From Isurus oxyrinchus (taxonomy: Eukaryota): 64,000 nt of DNA. The stretch spans positions 3,348,001 to 3,412,000 of the forward strand of contig JANJGN010000006.1 in assembly GCA_026770705.1 (NCBI GenBank), given 5' to 3'. The notes below the pieces were generated by a model. The model made no database searches, had not been told where the DNA came from, and saw nothing but the letters and a program-made list of their open reading frames with translations. Shown in pieces: positions 1-14,112 of the stretch. The translations under genes were made by a program, and so were the position numbers. Position 1 is the first letter of the stretch. Every line of letters starts with the position of its first letter.

Positions 1-760
1 GCCTCTGTGGACCCTGGAAAACTGCAGGGATCTGTGGCTGACTAAGAACGTAGGAGTCGTGCACACTCCCTGGAAACCGTGCGCAGACCTGTAGGATGCG
101 TTTGCGGTGGTTGCCCACCAGCTACACATTCAGCGAATGGAATCCCTTGTGGTTGACACAGCTGACCGTGTGCAGCGATGGAGATCTGAGTGTCACGTGA
201 GTGCAGTCGATCACACCCTGCACCTGTGGGAAACCTGAGATCTGGGCAAATCCAATCACTCTTACATCCTGGCTCTCCTGCTCCCAGATGAACGCACAAA
301 GTTTTGTGGCCTCACAAAGAAGGCCTCATGGATGTATTTGTGGGTGGAGGCTTGTGAGATCCCACAGATATGCACTGTGGAGCCCTAGAAAGAGCCACTG
401 GCATAAAAATTAAGCGGCGTGGTCACTTTCACAGCCACTGGCAGTGGATGCCCTCCACCTCCCATGGCACCAAATCCTGCAGTAGCTGGCACATGTGACC
501 TACCAGCTCCCCAGATATGCGCAGTCTTCGGTGACATTGCTTGTGGGTCATCTGGAGATGGAGGGCATCTATCGACCCTGGGTCAAGCTGGACGCTGACC
601 AATGACGGCTTGTTGTGGATCCTCAGCGGCATGTTCTGGATCCCCAGCCACCCCTTCATCCTGAGGGTGCTGCTCCTCCCTCTGCCCAGCCTGGCACATC
701 CCTCACTCTCTCCTCCATTGCCTCCGCTCCCTGTACACCATGAGGCCTACAGCTAGTTCA
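1..760 (-). mobile_element. Decayed PIF/Harbinger transposase (HARBI1-like), copy 1, running off the window start
   Basis: Minus strand reads GFAQISGFPQVQGVIDCTHV and ARFPGSVHDSYVLSQ; 430-560 resembles 3890-4020. Frames are broken. Confidence 0.8.
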
Positions 761-1453
761 CCAAGATCCATGCTCCTGATGTACTCCTTCTGCAGAATTA
801 ATGAGAGATGTGTGGGTTAGCATGGGTGTAGTAGGAACCTCTCTTGGTTAAGCCTGAAGGCCCCCTTAATACATCCTGGAGAGTGCTGGACACCACTTGG
901 ATGGCCAGAGTTTAGTGCCCTGCATGGCTGCCCGAAACCCCACCCACCTTTGCCATACTCCACCTGACCGACTGGCAGCAGCTTTGCCCATTGGACTGCA
1001 GGCTGTGCTTTCAGCTCAGGCACGGGTATTCTCCTAACCCACACTGCAAGGCTGCACTGTTAGCTTGAACCATGGGGGAGACTGGTCCAAACTGGGATGA
1101 TGACATTGTAAGGGGCTGTGAGCACCTCCACCAGTGACTGCTCCATGGCTTTAGCAAGGAGATTGTACAATGTGTCAAGTTGTCCAACTGTTCTGCAGTT
1201 CACTAAAATGCTCATTAGTTTGCTGTCTGTGCCCAAGGAGTGAAAAGCTCTGGAGCACTTGGTGGCTCTTTCAGGCCTCTGTGTTGCTTGAGTGGACAGA
1301 TAAACTAGAGGCCCAACTCTGCTCAAGTCAGTGTGGCTGTGTCTGAACTGTCTCAGCTGCAGAGGAGTGGTCACTTTAGATAAGGTTTTCCCAAATGCAT
1401 GGCCGCTTCCCTCCCCCTCCTCCCCACATGTGCTTGTGCTCTAACTTCAACAC

Positions 1454-1633
1454 AGGGCAGCCCTTGCCCCCACTCCCAAGTCACCTCAGCTGCAGGGCAG
1501 CCCTTGCCCCTACTCCCAAGTCACCTGAGCTGCAGGGCAGCCCTTGCCCCTACTCCCAAGTCACCTCAGCTGCAGGGCAGCCCTTGCCCCTACTCCCAAG
1601 TCACCTCAGCTGCAGGGCAGCCCTTGCCCCCAC
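1454..1633. repeat. 40-bp minisatellite, about 4.5 copies
   Basis: Unit AGGGCAGCCCTTGCCCCTACTCCCAAGTCACCTCAGCTGC starts at 1454, 1494, 1534, 1574 and 1614 (partial). Confidence 0.95.
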
Positions 1634-2009
1634 CCCTCCAATACACCTCAACCTTGAAGTCCAACAGGCGACCCTGGTGGGTGATGCGCAATGTTACTGT
1701 GCGCTCACCTCCAAACTCCCATCAAAGTGCAGCCCGCCAAGTGCATGCCTTTTATATGCTGTTGTGAAACACATTGGTGCGGTGGTGGGTGATCCAGTGT
1801 GGGGGGGGATGATTCCAGCAGACTGTCCTTCCAATGATACGCTGATGTATTACAATGTTCCCAACGTCTGATGGTGGGAAATGTGGCCCACCATCTATGG
1901 GCTGAGCGGACCATCACAAACTGGTTTTATGATGTCGTGAAACTGATTTTTGGCCTTCTCGCCATATTGTCCATAATGTCACACCGCCAAACACCCGACA
2001 CCAGCGGGC

Positions 2010-5000
2010 AAGGACGATTCTGCCCATTGGCCCTGGACTGCTGCAGGAGCTGTGCTCCATCACTGAGGTGGGTATCTATCAGTGTTCATGTGAGAGGGGG
2101 TCAAGGCATTTTGAACTCACTCCAGCTGCCCCTTCTCCTCAAGGAGGCAGCCAAGGCCCCTGGGGTACCCATAGGGAGGAGGATCAGCAGGTGCACACCC
2201 TGGGGCCATCCACCCAGGTGATGCCGGGAGTGTCCGGCCCATCCAAATCTCCTCTTCCTGTGACCCTCAGCAGCTCCAGCTGAGTAAGGAAGGTGCCACT
2301 GCCACACAGCAGGACCCCAAGAGCAGACCGGGGCTCTCCAGGACTCAGCCCTCCAGAGGATGCCCACCTAGGTCATCACAGACAACAGGACATAGCAGTT
2401 AGTAGGCCAGCTCTACCTCCACTGTGGGTGTCGGGAGCACCAAGCTGTATCGGCAGGATTAGGAAGGTCAACAAGATGTAGTTGCATAATGTGGGCACTT
2501 AATCACTTGTACTTAATATTGACCATTGTAACTGCTAACAACTCCTAGTCTATCGCTCCTTGTTATTATGACAAGTGTTCGTGCCAATCAGATGTGAAAC
2601 CTTGCTTCCTGTGCATAATGAAGGCTACTCTCGCAATGGCTCTACCCTGGGCAGAGTGTAATGTTTTGAGCACAATGAATGTCTGACTTCAAAGTCACTG
2701 TCCAGATCAGTGATGTGTGCACCTCCATGTGGCCTGTGTTTGCTGCAAGAATCTTGTACCCAAGCGTCAGTGGGTTCCATGATGTTCTCTGTGTGCTCTC
2801 AGCACCTTAGAGGCAGGGCTGTCCCCTCTCTCAACACCATTCCTGACAGGTGAAGGTGTGGTGCTGAAGGGAACAGGTGATGAAACCTGCCAAAGGATCA
2901 AGCTGTCTTAAAGTCCATGTGGCAGCTGTATCTCTGCAGAGTCTCCATGATATGAGCCTCTTCACAAAGCATATGTGTGCTGCCCTCAGTCAGACAGATG
3001 TTGCCAGATGCAATGTGAAGATCTCAGGAGAGTCCTCACTGCATTTCGTCATCATCCTTCTGGAATCTTGCGGCAATGAGGGCCTCATGACTATGCCTGT
3101 CTTGTCTGGCCTCATTGCCTGCACCCTCGCCTTCCAGGACCACACCACATTCATCCCCTTCGACTCCCTCCTCATTAGAGGAGATGTGCAGCTCTTGCAT
3201 CTCCTCATCATCCAGGTCCTCCCCTCCTTTGCATTGCCAGGTAGTGTAACACACAGCAAGGCACTACGCTGCACAACACCCTCTGGGGAGCACACATGTG
3301 CTCCAGCAGACCGTCCAGGCACTGGAACCTCACTTTCAGGATGCCAATGGTGTGCTTAACCAAACCCCGGATTGTGGCATTTGTACACCCTCTCGCCAGG
3401 AGTCCGAGGCCACTGTCACGTCCTTTGTGGGGGGCCCTTGTCCCGAGGAGCCAACCCTGCATCCTTTGTGGTCCCTGGAAAATGTCAGGGATCTGAGACC
3501 TGCTGAGGATGTACGAGTTGTGGACATTTCCGGGGTATCTTGCACAAACCTGCACGATCCATTTGTTATGGTCACAGACCAGATGAACACTGAGAGAGTG
3601 GAAGCCTTTGTGGTTCACGTACTGGACTGATTATTATCAGGGAGATTTAACGGCCGTGTGGGAGCAGTCGACAGCCTCCTGCACCTGTGGAAAGCTGGAA
3701 GTCTAAACAAATCCCAGCGGTCTTGCTTCCCGGGTTTGCCTGATCCCTGTCCAAATTGACAAAGGTGTGCGCCTTGGCAAAAAGAGCGTCCATGGCCTCC
3801 TGGATACATTTGTGGATGGAGACTTGTGAGATCCCACAAAGGTTCCCAGTGGAGCCTTGGGAGGAGCCACTGCTGATGGTAACTTTAACTGCCAATGGCA
3901 GTGGATGGCCTCCGAGTCCCCATGGTGCCAAATCCTGCAGAAGGTGGTATATGTAAGTGATCAGTTCCCTTGATGTGCACAGGCATCAGCGACACTGGGT
4001 TTCGCTCATCTGCAGGTAGCACATGTGCCGACTGGGCCTAGCGATGCGCCTACGAATCACGGCTCTGTGGAGTTCATCCTCTGGGTGTGGAGGAGGCCGT
4101 GCTGCTCCTTGGTCTTCAGGGTTCTGCTCCTCCCTTTGGTGAGCCAGACACCTCTGTCACAATCTTCCCCTTCTTCTCTCCTGCCTATGGCAATCAGGGA
4201 GACTTTAAGATCGCTGGACTCCATCTTTCTGGTGGTCTCCTCACTGCTTTATCAAAGAGAGAGATGCAATGTGTCAGAAATTGTCTCCTAAGGACAATTC
4301 ATCACCTGCGGCTGCCTCTCAAGGCCCCTTAACACATGTCGGAGAGTCTAGGCCACCACATGGGTGCCCAGTGTTTAGTGTGCATGATGGTTCATCTTAC
4401 CCACACCCAGCACCGCCCTGCACCACATGACCAAGTGGCAGCTGACTCAGCCACACGACTGCATCCTGAACTCTTATCTCAGGCATGGGCATTTTCCCTG
4501 AGCTGGACTCCAAGGCTTCGTGGTCTGCTTGGAACGCGAGGGTGACTTTTCAATGTCAACTTAAACATAATGCAAGGGACTAGGAGTGCACCCCTCCGTC
4601 AGTGTTTGATGGCCAGCTTTCCCAAAAGGATCCTCAGCCTTGCCTAGTCACGCAATGGTTCTGCAGCACGATAGCACTCACTGAAGTGTCCATGTAAGGG
4701 GTTAACAGTAGAGGGGCAATCAGTGGCACTGTCAGGAATTAGTGCTGCTTGAGTGGGCACAGTTGCTTGACTAGGCTGACTACAAGCATGCCAACTGAGC
4801 TCAAGCTAAACAGTCTCAGCTGTGGAACAATGCTCATCTTTGACATGTGTTGGGCATTTGCCTGGCCATTTCCTTCCTGCTCCCTGCCCCACTGGCATGT
4901 GTTTGTGTTCAAACCTCAGCCTGTGCTGCCACGACCCCTCCTTGCACTGTTACCTTTGCCCTGGCGCCACAAAGCCAGCCATGAAGAAGTTGCTGTGGAG

Positions 5001-5392
5001 ACTTGCCTGTGAGTCCGTGGAGCTGCTTCCTTGCGTTGGGATCTTCACGAGCGCTGCACAAAGTAGCGTGCACTCATCCCTGAGCTCCCCTCAAAGTTCA
5101 GGTCGCCAGGTGCACACCTCACACCATCGCAAATCACGCTAACGTGGGCTTAAAATCTGACTTGGCGGTGGTTGGGGGGGGGAGGGGGGTGTGATTCAGG
5201 TATATGGCCACAATAATGAGATGCAAATGCATTCAAATTAAGTTCCCGACATTCGATGGTGGGAAGCATGGCCTGCCATTGATGGGGAAGGTGGGAGGAG
5301 ACAATTGCTTCCTGGGCTCATGTTGCCGGGAAACACACCCAGGGCCTTTTTGTGAGATTCCCCATCATGATCGGGCATGGAAAATCCCAGCT
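2010..5392 (-). mobile_element. Decayed Harbinger element, copy 2: transposase on - (about 3000-4200), tail of a Myb/SANT-like partner gene on + (about 2200-2480), right TIR near 5380-5392
   Basis: ORF 3208-3618 has KGFHSL..VCD..ARYPG..GWLLG..TIGILKVRFQCLD..CCVLH. The + strand at about 2330-2420 (PSRGCPPRSSQTTG) resembles the partner-gene C-terminus in ORF 46485-46745. GGAAAATCCCAGC end motif. Confidence 0.75.
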
Positions 5393-6310
5393 TTAAAGCC
5401 CAAAATTGAACCCAACGGCATTCACCTGTACTTCCAATTCCAAATGGTTTAGGTGTTAAATCCAAAGATACCAGTTCACAGTTGTTAAAAAATGAACAAA
5501 ACCATCAATTCGATTACTAGCAACTGCAGTCATCATTAGATGGTTGGTACCAGTATTTAGAGCAGATCACACAGCTCCCTTTGCCTGGAAAGTGGTTAGA
5601 TACAAGTATTTCCCATGATTTTGCTGATTTCTCTTTTGACGTGGAGTGGTTCGTAAAATACTTTGACCTCCTGAGCAACTGTACTTTGAGAAAACATTTT
5701 TGAGCATTTTCACTAGAAATTCTCTTTAACCACCAACAATTATAGAGAAAATACTCTCTGCACAATGCAGACAAGATATACTGGGGGATGATTTGATGGG
5801 GGCTGTGATTTTCTCTTTTGTCATTTCAATGATCGTGTCAATGATTTGTGTGCAGGTTAATATTTACAATTTACCATATAAAATGTATAATGCTACCTTG
5901 TCAAGAAAAAATCTCTGGACTAGGACTTAAACAATCACCATTACCTTGTCTACCTGACATGTTATCTTCCTTGGGGAAGTGATAACTACTTGTTTACCCC
6001 ATCAACAGAAACCAAACTTCAAGTGGCCTAGAAGCATTTGCATTTCACTACAGATCATAAACAGTGCTATGAATTTCTGGCCCCTCATTCTGCAGTAATT
6101 TTGCCACTTTGCGCTATAATGTGTGACTGACTCCTTGTCACAAAAAGGTTTGCAGATCTTTTTGTCTCTGGCCACTCACACTCCTGCACCGGTCTGTCAC
6201 ATCTTTTCGCCCTTTTATTTTGTGATATCATTGCAGCCCGTGTTTCTTTGACCTTTCCTATCTTGCCCCTTCTAAATTGCAAATTTACCACTTTCCATAT
6301 TTTTCTTGGA

Positions 6311-7604
6311 AAACAGCGGCAGAATCAGACAGTCAGCATGGATTTATGAAAGGGAAATCATGCTTGACAAATCAACTGGAATTTTTTGAGGATGTAACTA
6401 GTAGAGTTGATGAGGGGGAACCAGTTGATGTGGTTTATTTGGACTTTCAGAAGGTTTTCGACAAAGTCCCACATAAGAGATGAGTGTGTAAAATTAAAGT
6501 GCATGGGACTGGGGGCAGTGTATTGAGATGGATAGAAAACTGGTTGGCAGACAGGAAACAAAGAGTAGGAATAAACGGGTCTTTTTCTGAATGGCAGGCA
6601 GTGACTAGTGGGGTACTGCAGGGAGCGGTGCTGGGACCCCAGCTATTCACAATATATATTAACTAAATGTAATATCTCCAAATTTGCAGAGGACACAAAG
6701 CTGGGTGGGAGGGTGAGCTGTGAGGAGGAAGTAGAAATACTTCAGTGTGATTTGGACAAGCTGAGTGAGTGGGCAAATGCATGGCAGATGCAGCATAATG
6801 TGGATAAATGTGAGGTTATCCACTTTGGTAACAAAAACAGGAAGGCAGATTATTATCTGAATGGCTATAGATTGAGAGAGGGGAATGTGCAATGAGACCT
6901 GGGTGTCCTCGTACACCAGTCACTGAAGGTAAGCATGCAGGTACAGCAGACGGTAAAGAAGGCAAATGGTATGATGGCCTTCATAGCCAGAGGATTCGAG
7001 TACAGGAGCAGGGATGTCTTGCTGCAATTATACAGGGCTTTGGTGAGACCACACCTGGAATATTGTACACAGTTTTGGTCTCCTTATCTGAGGAAGGGTG
7101 TTTTTGCTATAGAGGGAGAGCAGCAAAAGTTTACCTGACTGATTCCTGGGATGGTGGGACTGACATATGAGGAGAGATTGAGTCGGTTAGGATTATATTC
7201 GCTGGAGTTTAGAAGAATGAAGGGAGATCTCATAGAAACCTATAAAATTCTAACATTTCTAGACAGGGTAGATGCAGGAAGGATGTTCCCGATGGTGGGG
7301 GAGTCCAGAACCTGGGGTCACAGTCTGAGGATATGGGGTAGACCATTTAGGACTGACATGAGGAGAAATTTCTTCACCCAGAGAGTGGTGAGCCTGTGGA
7401 ATTCACTACCACAGAAAGTAGTTGAGGCCAACACATGTTTTCAAGAAGGAGTTAGATATAGCTCTTGAGGCGAAAGGAATCAAAGGGTGTGGGGAGAAAG
7501 CGGGAGCAGGTTATTGAGTTGGATGATCAGCCATGATCATAATGAATGGCGGAGCAGGTTCGAAGGGCTGAATGGCCTACTCCTGCTCCTAGTTTCTATG
7601 TTTT
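6311..7604 (+). mobile_element. CR1 LINE, 5'-truncated (RT domain plus 3' UTR)
   Basis: [49 protein letters not shown]; CR1-type tail GAATGGCCTACTCCTGCTCCT..TTTCTATG. Confidence 0.92.
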
Positions 7605-8711
7605 CCTTCTCTCTTCAACTCACTGTGTTGAAATCAAGATTCTTCAGTGTACTTTAGTCTGTCATTCATTTCCACCGCTGCAGAACTTGGGACTCCTTTT
7701 CTTCTGTCTACAGTCACACACATCAATTAATCATTACTTGCTGATGTATTTCAACTGCTCTACTCTTAGTCCTGTCCTATACCATGGACCTTATCTCTTT
7801 GGTTCAGATTCAATTTAAAAGAAAAATAACTTCTATAAATATCCCTATTTTAATCTTTTGTATCTGGATTATTTCCAAAATCAGGTTTAGGCCCTTGGAA
7901 ACAAAGTAAAAAATGTTAGTTTATACAGGAACAAATACTCTGCTCCACTGCATTTCTACCAGTTAGAATGAAACAATAGGAACATTTCTCACAAAACATA
8001 TTTTCCAGGCAGACCAGTGAAATTGGTGATCAACACGGGAGCAGCTTTGTCACTGTAGTCCCATCTATTGGATGTTATTTAGAAGTATTTGAAAAAAAAT
8101 TAAAGTCTCACCCTGAATTAATGTATTCCATCTTTACAGACATGGAAATTCAAACAAATTATACACATTCGGATGGTAACAGCACCTTTTTGCAAAGTAC
8201 TTTGTTAAAAGAAAGCAATAACCCATTTTGAACTTTGAAAGATTGGCCTAGATCTTCCAGATGGTCTCCACATAGTTGGAGACTGGGCTTGCCTTGGAGG
8301 ATACGCTGTACGACCCCTCGGAACGCAACGCAGGGACTCCACAGCAAGTTTCAACTTCCGATGGGCAATTCCCCAGCTCCCCTGGACCTTCTGAAAATGT
8401 CTCCAACTCTGAGTTAGAGTTGGAGACTTTCGACAGTTCTGAATTACTGTAATGACTTGACGTACCGGACAGGTTTCCATTTGAAATGGATAACTTTATT
8501 ACAGGGAGCTCTTTCAGAAGCTACACACTTGAACCAAGTCCATGACTAGAAAGCTCCGCCCCTTAGATTACCTGCTCTTAGGGTTCATTCTTCAAGAACA
8601 ATCATATGACCCCTAATAAGTAGTGGGAAAAGACTATACTTTCAATCACTACACTTAGTTGGATAGTTACTCAGGAAATTTTAAACAAAAAAATCCATGT
8701 CTAACTCTTGG

Positions 8712-9430
8712 CTAACTACAGCCAACCCCCTCCCCTGACCCCAGGCTCTCCATCAACCTCTCACTCCCCCCATGACTGTCCAACTCCTCCTGACTCTCTG
8801 ACCCTTGACCATCCAATTCCCCTGACCCTCTGACATCCCTGACTCTCTGACCCCCTCTCAACCTCTGACCCCCACTGACCGTCCCACTCCCCCTCATCCT
8901 CTGACACCCCCAACCCTCCGATTCCCCCAACTCTTTGACCCTCTGAATTCCACTGACCCTCTGACACCCCTGCCCCTCTGATTACCCCTCTACATGACCT
9001 GTCCCGGCCTCACCACCCTATCCGTCCTGCCAGCCTACCATCCTACCCCAACTACTACGCTACCCACCTACCAGCCTGCCACCCTACCCAGCTGGCATCC
9101 TAACCATCCCACCCACCTATCTATCCTATCCACTTACCTACTTCTCTCACTGACACTCATTGATTAACACTCCGAAAAGCTTTTCAGAGTATTGGTGAAT
9201 GAAGACTTACCAGAATACAGCAGCTACTGCCTTAAAAAGGGGGGGTATCTTGGCTTGCCCCTCTCCCTTACAATCCTACGCTCCGAGGAAGGACTCCAAG
9301 AGCAGGTACGGTCCATGCTTCTGAAGGTTCGGAAGTCCGGGCGAGAAACGCAGAGCTCCAGTGCTACCTTAAAAAATAGGAGCGGAGCGGCATTCCGACG
9401 ATGATTACTGCTGCTCGGAAAATTCAGCCC
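8712..9430. mobile_element. Probable Harbinger-type non-autonomous remnant with a C-rich (CTCTGACCCC-like) low-complexity interior
   Basis: Right TIR-like GGAAAATTCAGCCC at 9417-9430 followed by ATG; left TIR not identified. Confidence 0.4.
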
Positions 9431-10386
9431 ATGATATATAATTTATTGCGCAAAATGCACTGGTTCAAACAAAAATAAACAGATGCACATCATAGTTGGC
9501 CTCTCCAACAGAAAATCATCGGTCAATGTGTGGCGCCATCTATCGGTTAATTCTGTTACTATAAAAAACCTGCATGTGGGTTTAAAGTGTGAAAACAGCT
9601 GCTAAATAATAAATGTTAATAACACTAACCTGTTTGTATGTCCGGATTTAGCCACAACTTTGGTCCGAATTACTGATTACCAGTATGAACTTGCCTGAAG
9701 GAAGAGGGTGCACAAGTCCTCAGCTGAAGTGCTAAATGAGTTGGTGGAGAAGACCCGGAAGAAGAGGGATGTCCTATATCTGCAGGGGTTAAGAAAGCGT
9801 CTTGCCCTGGTCGTCTTTCAGTCCTCTCTCCTGCAGTGACTGGTGCTGCACTGTCTGGACTCATACCCTCTGTCCATTCCTCATGCAGACCCACGGGGTC
9901 CTGGGAAGGTGCCAATGACCAAGCACTGCCTTTCCACTGTCTACTCCCATGAGGTGTTCAGCTATGTTCAGCAGCAGAGCACTGACTCCTTTTATGTGAA
10001 TTCCTCAGAAAATTTCTGAAATAAATGTTGCTAAAGCATTGCTGAAGTGATAAAATCCCAAAAAGTCTCCTGGTGTGTCTCTTCACAGCTTCAGTAACAA
10101 TGATCATTAAATGATGAGTGTCTATTTAAGTAGCACTTGAAATTGAAATCATTACTCCAAAACAGCTGGCCCTTTAGGGGATAGTTTTTGTTAAAACATT
10201 GGCCAGAAAATTGCTGTGCAGCCTATGTACTAAGCACTAGCAGGCCTTTGAAGGGGAAATCAGCTGTTTACCAAGTCTCCAGCCGGGTGTTAGCTTTAAT
10301 TCCTTTACTAGCAGTTGAATACCTCAGGAGATCGCCTTAATGCCTTGTTAATAGGACAGGAGATGTGAATCCTTCACACACCCATG

Positions 10387-11004
10387 GGGCAGAATTTTGC
10401 TGTCGGTGAGCAGGGCGTGGGGCTGTATTGTATTGTATTGGCTGTATTGTTTCTATGCCTCTTTCTGGGACTCCCTTAGAGGGGTGAGTAGACATGTCTT
10501 CAAATAATATCCCTTGTCACCTCGGATCCGTCCATGCACTTTTTGGGTTGAAGTGAAGATCTGAGGCAGCATCAACTGGTAGAGGATAAAGGAATCATGG
10601 CAGCTGCCACAAAAGTCAGTGCACACATGGAGGAAACTCTTGTTATGGTCACAGACCAGTTATGTGTAAAGGAATGGAAGCCTTTCCTGTTGATGGATGC
10701 ACCTTGAAGAATCCAGTAATGGAGGCAAACCCCAATGCCCTCTGTCCTTGCAAGGCTCTGTGGTGTCATAAATTGAATGCACTGTTCAGCTCTGGCAAAG
10801 AGAGCACCAGTGACCTGTGAGATGCAGTGGTGAGCAGCTGCTTATAAGATGCCACTAAGGACCACAGCTGATCTTGGAAGGTCCCAGAAGTGACAAAGTT
10901 CAAGGCCACTGTGGCTTCAATGACCACTGGCAGGGCGTGGTGACCAGTGCTGCAAGGTGCAACATCTTTGGCGGCAAGATCACAGATTCAGAAAAATTCA
11001 GCCC
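10387..11004 (-). mobile_element. Internally deleted Harbinger element with a transposase fragment
   Basis: GGGCAGAATTTT ... AAAAATTCAGCCC ends; minus strand reads INRKGFHSF. Confidence 0.75.
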
Positions 11005-11850
11005 AAAGGGATATAGATAGGTTAAGTGAGTGAGCAAAAATTTGGGAGATGGACTATAATGTGGGAAAATGTGAGGTTATCGACTTGGTTGGAAAATGGG
11101 AAAACAATATTGTTGAAATGGAGAGAGACTACAGAATTCTGTCATACAGAGATATCTGGGTATCATATATAAAACACAAGAGGTTAGCATGCAGATACAA
11201 TAACAAATTAGGAAGCCAAACGGAATGTTGGCCTTTATTACAATGGGGGATGGTGTATAAAAATAGGAAAGTCCTACTACAACTGGCATTTGTGACATCA
11301 CGTATACATTACTGCATATAATTTTGGTCTCCTTATTTAAGGAAAGGTATTCTTGCATTGGAGGCAGTTCAAAGAATGTTCCTTAGATTGATTCCTGGGA
11401 TGAATGGGTTGTATTTTGAGGAAAGGTTAAGCAGATTAGGCATACATTCATTGGAGTTGAGAAGACTGAGTGGTGATCTTATTGAAATATATAAGATTCT
11501 GGGGGGTCTTGACAAAGGTTGGCGCTAAGAGGATGTTTCCCCTCATGATGAAATGAATAACTAGGGAGCATAGTTTCAGAATAAAGGGTCACCCATTTAA
11601 GACAGAAAAGAGGAGAAATTTCTTCTGTCAGAGGGTCAGGAATCTTTGGAATTCTCTCCTCCAAAGAGCTATGGAGGCTAGGTCAGTAAATATATTCAAG
11701 GCTGAGTTATACAGATTCTTAAACTACAGGGGAATCAACGGTTATGGGTAGCAGGCAGGAAAGTGGAATTGAGGCCAATATGAGATCGGCTGTGATCTTA
11801 ATGAATGACAGAGGAGCCTCAAACGGTCATATGACCTACTCCTTCTCCTG
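11005..11850 (+). mobile_element. CR1 LINE 3' fragment
   Basis: MDYNVGKCEVI and related RT C-terminal motifs; CR1 3' UTR. Confidence 0.85.
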
Positions 11851-12384
11851 TACCTTTACCATAACTTTGGTAGCTGAGCCAAAGAAATCCTACAAAAAAG
11901 ACACATACACAATTTACATAATTTCCTGGGATTTCCACATTTCTTCCATTGAGGTTCCATCGGAAAAGCTGTAGAATGCCCAACAAAATTCATCGACGGT
12001 GTCTGTCGGTCAGATTTCCTGTCCATTTCTCTAAATGGATGGGGAGCTCTTATGGGGGTGGGGGAGGGGGGGTTCTCTCTTCAGGATATGTAACCCTCCG
12101 CACCACATTTTCTTCCATATGCTGCACCCAGGTGATTCAGTATACCTATGAATAGGAATGGCTATATTTGCCTCCACATTGTCCAATTATCAGCAAATGG
12201 GTAGATGATGACAATCAGCTTTTCCATTTGCCTGAGAAGCTTTCGACATTTAATTATTTTGCTTTTTTTAAATTTTGAAACAAATATAACTTCAAATCAT
12301 GATAAGAAACCTCCTTGGCTGAAAATTCATTATTATATTCCATTAGCAATTTTAACAAAATTGTTCAGTCATTTTTTAAAATTC

Positions 12385-13540
12385 ATTTACAGGATGTGGA
12401 CATCTCTGGCTTGGCCAGCATTTATTGTCCATCCCTAGTTGCCCTTGAGAAGGTGGTGTTGAGCTGCCTTCTTGAACCGCTGCAGTCCATGTGGTGTAGG
12501 TACACCCACAGTGCTGTTAGGGAGGGAGCTCCGGGATTTTGACCCAGTGACAGTGAAGGAATGGTGATATATTTCCAAGTCAGGATGGTGAGTGACTTGG
12601 AGGGGAACTTCCAGGTGGTGGTGTTCCCATCTATCTGTTACGCTTGTCCTTCTAGATGGTAGTGGTTGTGGGTTTGGAAGGTGCTGTCTAAGGAGCCTTG
12701 GTGAATTCCTGCAGTGTATCTTGTAGATGGTACACACACTGCTACTACTGTGCATTGGTGGTGGAGGGAGTGAATATTTGTGTGAGGGGTGTCAATCAAG
12801 CAGGCTGCTTTGTCCTGGACAGTGTCAAGCTTCTTGAGTGTTGTTGGAGCTGCACTCATCCAGGCAAGTGGGGAGTATTCCATCACACTCATGACGTGTG
12901 CCTTGTAGATGGTGGACAGGCTTTGGGGAGTCAGGTGAGTTACTTGCCACAGGATTCCTAGCCTCTGACCTGTTCTTGTAGCCACAGTATTTATATGGCT
13001 AGTCCAGTTCAGTTTCTGGTCAATGGTAACTCCCAGGAAGTTGATAGTGGGGGATTCAGTGATGGTGATGCCATTGAACATCAAGGGGCGATGGTTGGAT
13101 TCTCTCTTGTTGGAGATGGTCATTGCCTGGCACTTGTGTGGTGTGAATGTTATTTGCCACTTATCAGCGCAAGCCTGGATATTGTCCAGGTCTTGCTGCA
13201 TTTGGACATGGACTGCTTCAGTATCTGAGGAGTCGCGAATGGTGCTGAACATTGTGCAATCATCAGCGAACATGTCCACTTCTGGCCTTATGGTGGAAGG
13301 AAGGTCATTGATGAAGCAACTGAAGATGGTTGGTCCGAGGACACTACCCTGAGGAACTCCTGCAGTGATGTCCTGGAGCTGAGATGATTGACTTCCAACA
13401 ACCATAACCCTCTTCCTTTGTGCTAGGTATGACTCCAACCTGCGGAGAACTTTCCCCCATATTCCCATTGACTCCTGTTTTGCTGGGGCTCCTTGATGTC
13501 ACACTCAATGCGACCTTGATGTTAAGGGCAGTCACTCTCA
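12385..13540 (-). mobile_element. CR1/L2-clade LINE (second family), 3' RT fragment plus tail
   Basis: ORF 12638-13468: AGVPQGSVLGPTIFSCFIND, MFADD, LGVTIDQKLNW; tail related to GGGCAATAAATGCTGGC. Confidence 0.88.
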
Positions 13541-13544
13541 CAAT

Positions 13545-14112
13545 ACAGAACTTGAGTGTTGCTGAAAAAAGACATTTTGTTGAAGGTTTTCATCTCGTAC
13601 ACATCAGGATAATAACAAGAATAGCACTGTCAGGGGAAGCAACAACTTTATACTGTATAAGTAGAGAGTGCTATTGTTTGGCAAGTGGGCTCTAATTGCC
13701 ATGCAGAATGCACCAGTTAATGGTGACTGACAGTTAACTACCAAACTTTGTTTGAAATTTAAACCAGGCAGTTTGACTCTGATTGGTTAAGGCATTTCCC
13801 TAAGAAATGAACCAGCGAATGACTGTCATTTATTTAGTTTAGCTAAATATTTTATTTAGAAACAGGCACAATGTGTGTACATGTTCTTTCTGTCTGCAAA
13901 GAACAGGGCCTTGTGTATTAATATATGTAGCTTCCAGTACACGCAAATGTGTCACACTGCGAGCCCCACTGATAATCTTAAATTGGTTGTCAGCGTAATG
14001 TTTAGCGCACGGAGGATTATTTAGCAAATGTCCAATCGCGGAATCACATCTAATGTTGGACACTGTGTTTTGAGTTTTGCAAGCACAGGCAGGTTGGGTA
14101 CAGCCTGTACCC
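13545..14112 (-). mobile_element. Penelope-like element, GIY-YIG C-terminus plus 3' end
   Basis: CDSAIGHLLNNP..FKII..LRVLEATYINTQGPVLCRQKE in ORF 13839-14216. Confidence 0.8.

Noticed and set aside
1395-1871. Repetitive 158-aa and 122-aa ORFs
   Set aside because: They are translations of the 40-bp minisatellite, with no domain or splice support.
8157-8653. Possible solo LTR ending in ..CACTACA
   Set aside because: No matching TG start or TSD could be established.
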